From positions 56,048,001-56,112,000 of the forward strand of contig OZ336879.1 of NCBI GenBank assembly GCA_965287045.1: a stretch of 64,000 nt of DNA, written 5' to 3'. The notes beneath the pieces are model-generated. The model saw nothing but the letters and a program-made list of their open reading frames with translations. It did no database searches and was not told where the DNA came from. This document shows, piece after piece, positions 62,480 to 64,000 of this stretch. The stretch is from Carcharhinus amblyrhynchos (Eukaryota). Made by a program: the position numbers and the translations under genes. How positions within the stretch are numbered: position 1 is the first letter of the stretch; every line of letters begins with the position of its first letter.

Positions 62480-63830
62480 GCTGCACTTCTTTTAACAGCT
62501 GAACAAATTGCTTCTCACTGGGGTTGAGATAATTGGCTTCCAACAACCACAGCTATCTTTATTTGTGCAAGCTATTATTCCAACCCACAGAGGGCTTTCC
62601 CCTGAATCTAATGATGCCAGACTTGATCAAATGCTGTCTTGAATACAAGGGTAAACACACTCCCACCTTATCTCTTGAGTTCGGCTCTTTTGTCCTTGGT
62701 GAGATGAAGACAGTAATGAGTACAAGAGCCAAGTGGACCAGACAGAAACCACAATGAGCATATTGAATAGGTGCAGTGAGATTGCACTCTCAGCAACATC
62801 TTCCATCATTTTTCTGATGATCAAAAGTAGACTGATGGGATGGCAATTGGTCAGATTGCATTTATCCAGAATAGAACATTAAAAAAACTCATTTGGGATA
62901 TGGGTATCACTGTTAGGCCAGCATTTATTGGTGAGCTGCCTCATGAATTGTTGCCGCCATTGAGGTGCAGGGTACAACCACAGTGCTGTTAGAGAGGGAG
63001 TTGAGGATTTTGACCCAGTGACGGTGAAGAAATGATGATTTATTTCAATATCAGAATGGTAGGTGACATGGAAGGGAACCTCCAGGTGGTGATGTTCCCT
63101 GGTATCTGCTGACTTTGTCCTTCTAGGTGGTAGTGGTCACGTGTTTGAATAGTGCTGCCTAAGGAGCCTTGGTGAGTTCCTCCAGTGTATCTTATAGATA
63201 GTACACACTGTTCCCATTATTTGTTGGTGGTAGAGGGATTAAATATTTGTGGAAAGGGTATCACTCAAGCAGGTTGCTTTTCCCTGACTGATGCTGAGCT
63301 TTTTGATAGTTGTTGTGCTTTGTCGAGTCAGGAGGTGAGTTAGTCAACACAGGATCCCTAGCTTGTAACCTGTATATAGCGAGTGCAGTTCAATTTCTGG
63401 GCTATGGTAAGCACCATAATGTTGACACTAGAGGATTCAGCGACCAAATGTCAGGGGACAATGGTGAGATCCTCTCTTGTTGGAGACTGTCATTGCCTGG
63501 CACTTACATGGTGTGAACATTACTTGCCACTTGTCTGCCCAAGCCTGGATATTGTCTAGGTCTTACCGCTTTTGGACGTGGGCAGCTCCAATATCTGAGG
63601 AATTATGAATGATGAAAACTTTGTGCAATCATCAGTGAACATCCATCTCCACTTCTAACCTTATGATAGAGGAAAGGTTATTAATAAAGGAAATGAAAAT
63701 GGTTGGGGCTAGGATACTATCTGAGTTATTCCTGCAGTGATGTCACGCAGCTGAAATGGTTGGTTTTCAACCACCACAACCATCTTTCTTTGTGCCAGGT
63801 ACAACTCCAACCAGCAGAGGGTTTCCCGGA
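62480..63830 (-). mobile_element. CR1/L2-group LINE fragments
   Basis: gacttgatcaaatgctgtcttga (IKAAFD), aggccagcatttattggtgagctgcc, tcatcagtgaacat (MFTDD), ggactagg..cctgcag (GVPQGS region). Confidence 0.7.
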
Positions 63831-63837
63831 TTCCCAT

Positions 63838-64000
63838 TGTGGCAAGTTGGCACAGTCATTAGCACTTCTGCCTCACAGTGCCAGGGATCCCCGTTCAGTT
63901 CCTAGCCTGGGTCACTGTTCGTATGGAGTCTGTGTGGTTTCCTCCGAGTGCTTCAGTTTCCTTCCACACTCCAAAAGACATGCTGGTTAGGTGCATTGGC
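63838..64000 (+). mobile_element. V-SINE, cut by the window end
   Basis: ttggcacagtcattagcacttctgcctcacagtgccagggatcc...ggtttcctccgagtgc...ggttaggtgcattggc. Confidence 0.85.

Noticed and set aside
1-64000. CRISPR arrays, operons or other prokaryotic systems
   Set aside because: The sequence is vertebrate repeat-rich DNA; no regularly spaced repeat-spacer array or dense gene organisation

Overview
Eukaryotic, AT-rich, repeat-dense genomic DNA. It is almost certainly from a cartilaginous fish (shark), given the many HE1/V-SINE-type SINEs, CR1/HER1-type LINE ends and Penelope-type terminal repeats. I can support no host protein-coding gene; the window looks intronic or intergenic, and nearly all short ORFs are repeat-derived or random. 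The only long coding remnants belong to a young Penelope-like element (RT + GIY-YIG, 48999-52797). It is inserted in a CR1 as two divergent arms forming a ~1.4 kb inverted repeat, with a target-site duplication (TSD) and minimal hammerhead ribozyme motifs at both ends. The most unusual observation is a ~300 bp retroposed element (3777-4081, minus strand) inside a MITE. It has a perfect U2 snRNA 5' head, a second degenerate U2 head, two tandem stem-loop modules with conserved bases but different upper stems, a poly(A) tail and a 14-bp TSD, which makes it a candidate shark snRNA-headed SINE (SINEU-like). Other points: V-SINEs with two alternative LINE-type tails, a SINE that looks like a 5'+3' deletion product of its host LINE, Harbinger-like MITEs, and Rex1/Babar, L2 and Gypsy relics. 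Boundaries of old repeats are approximate, and family names come from recognition by eye, not database searches.
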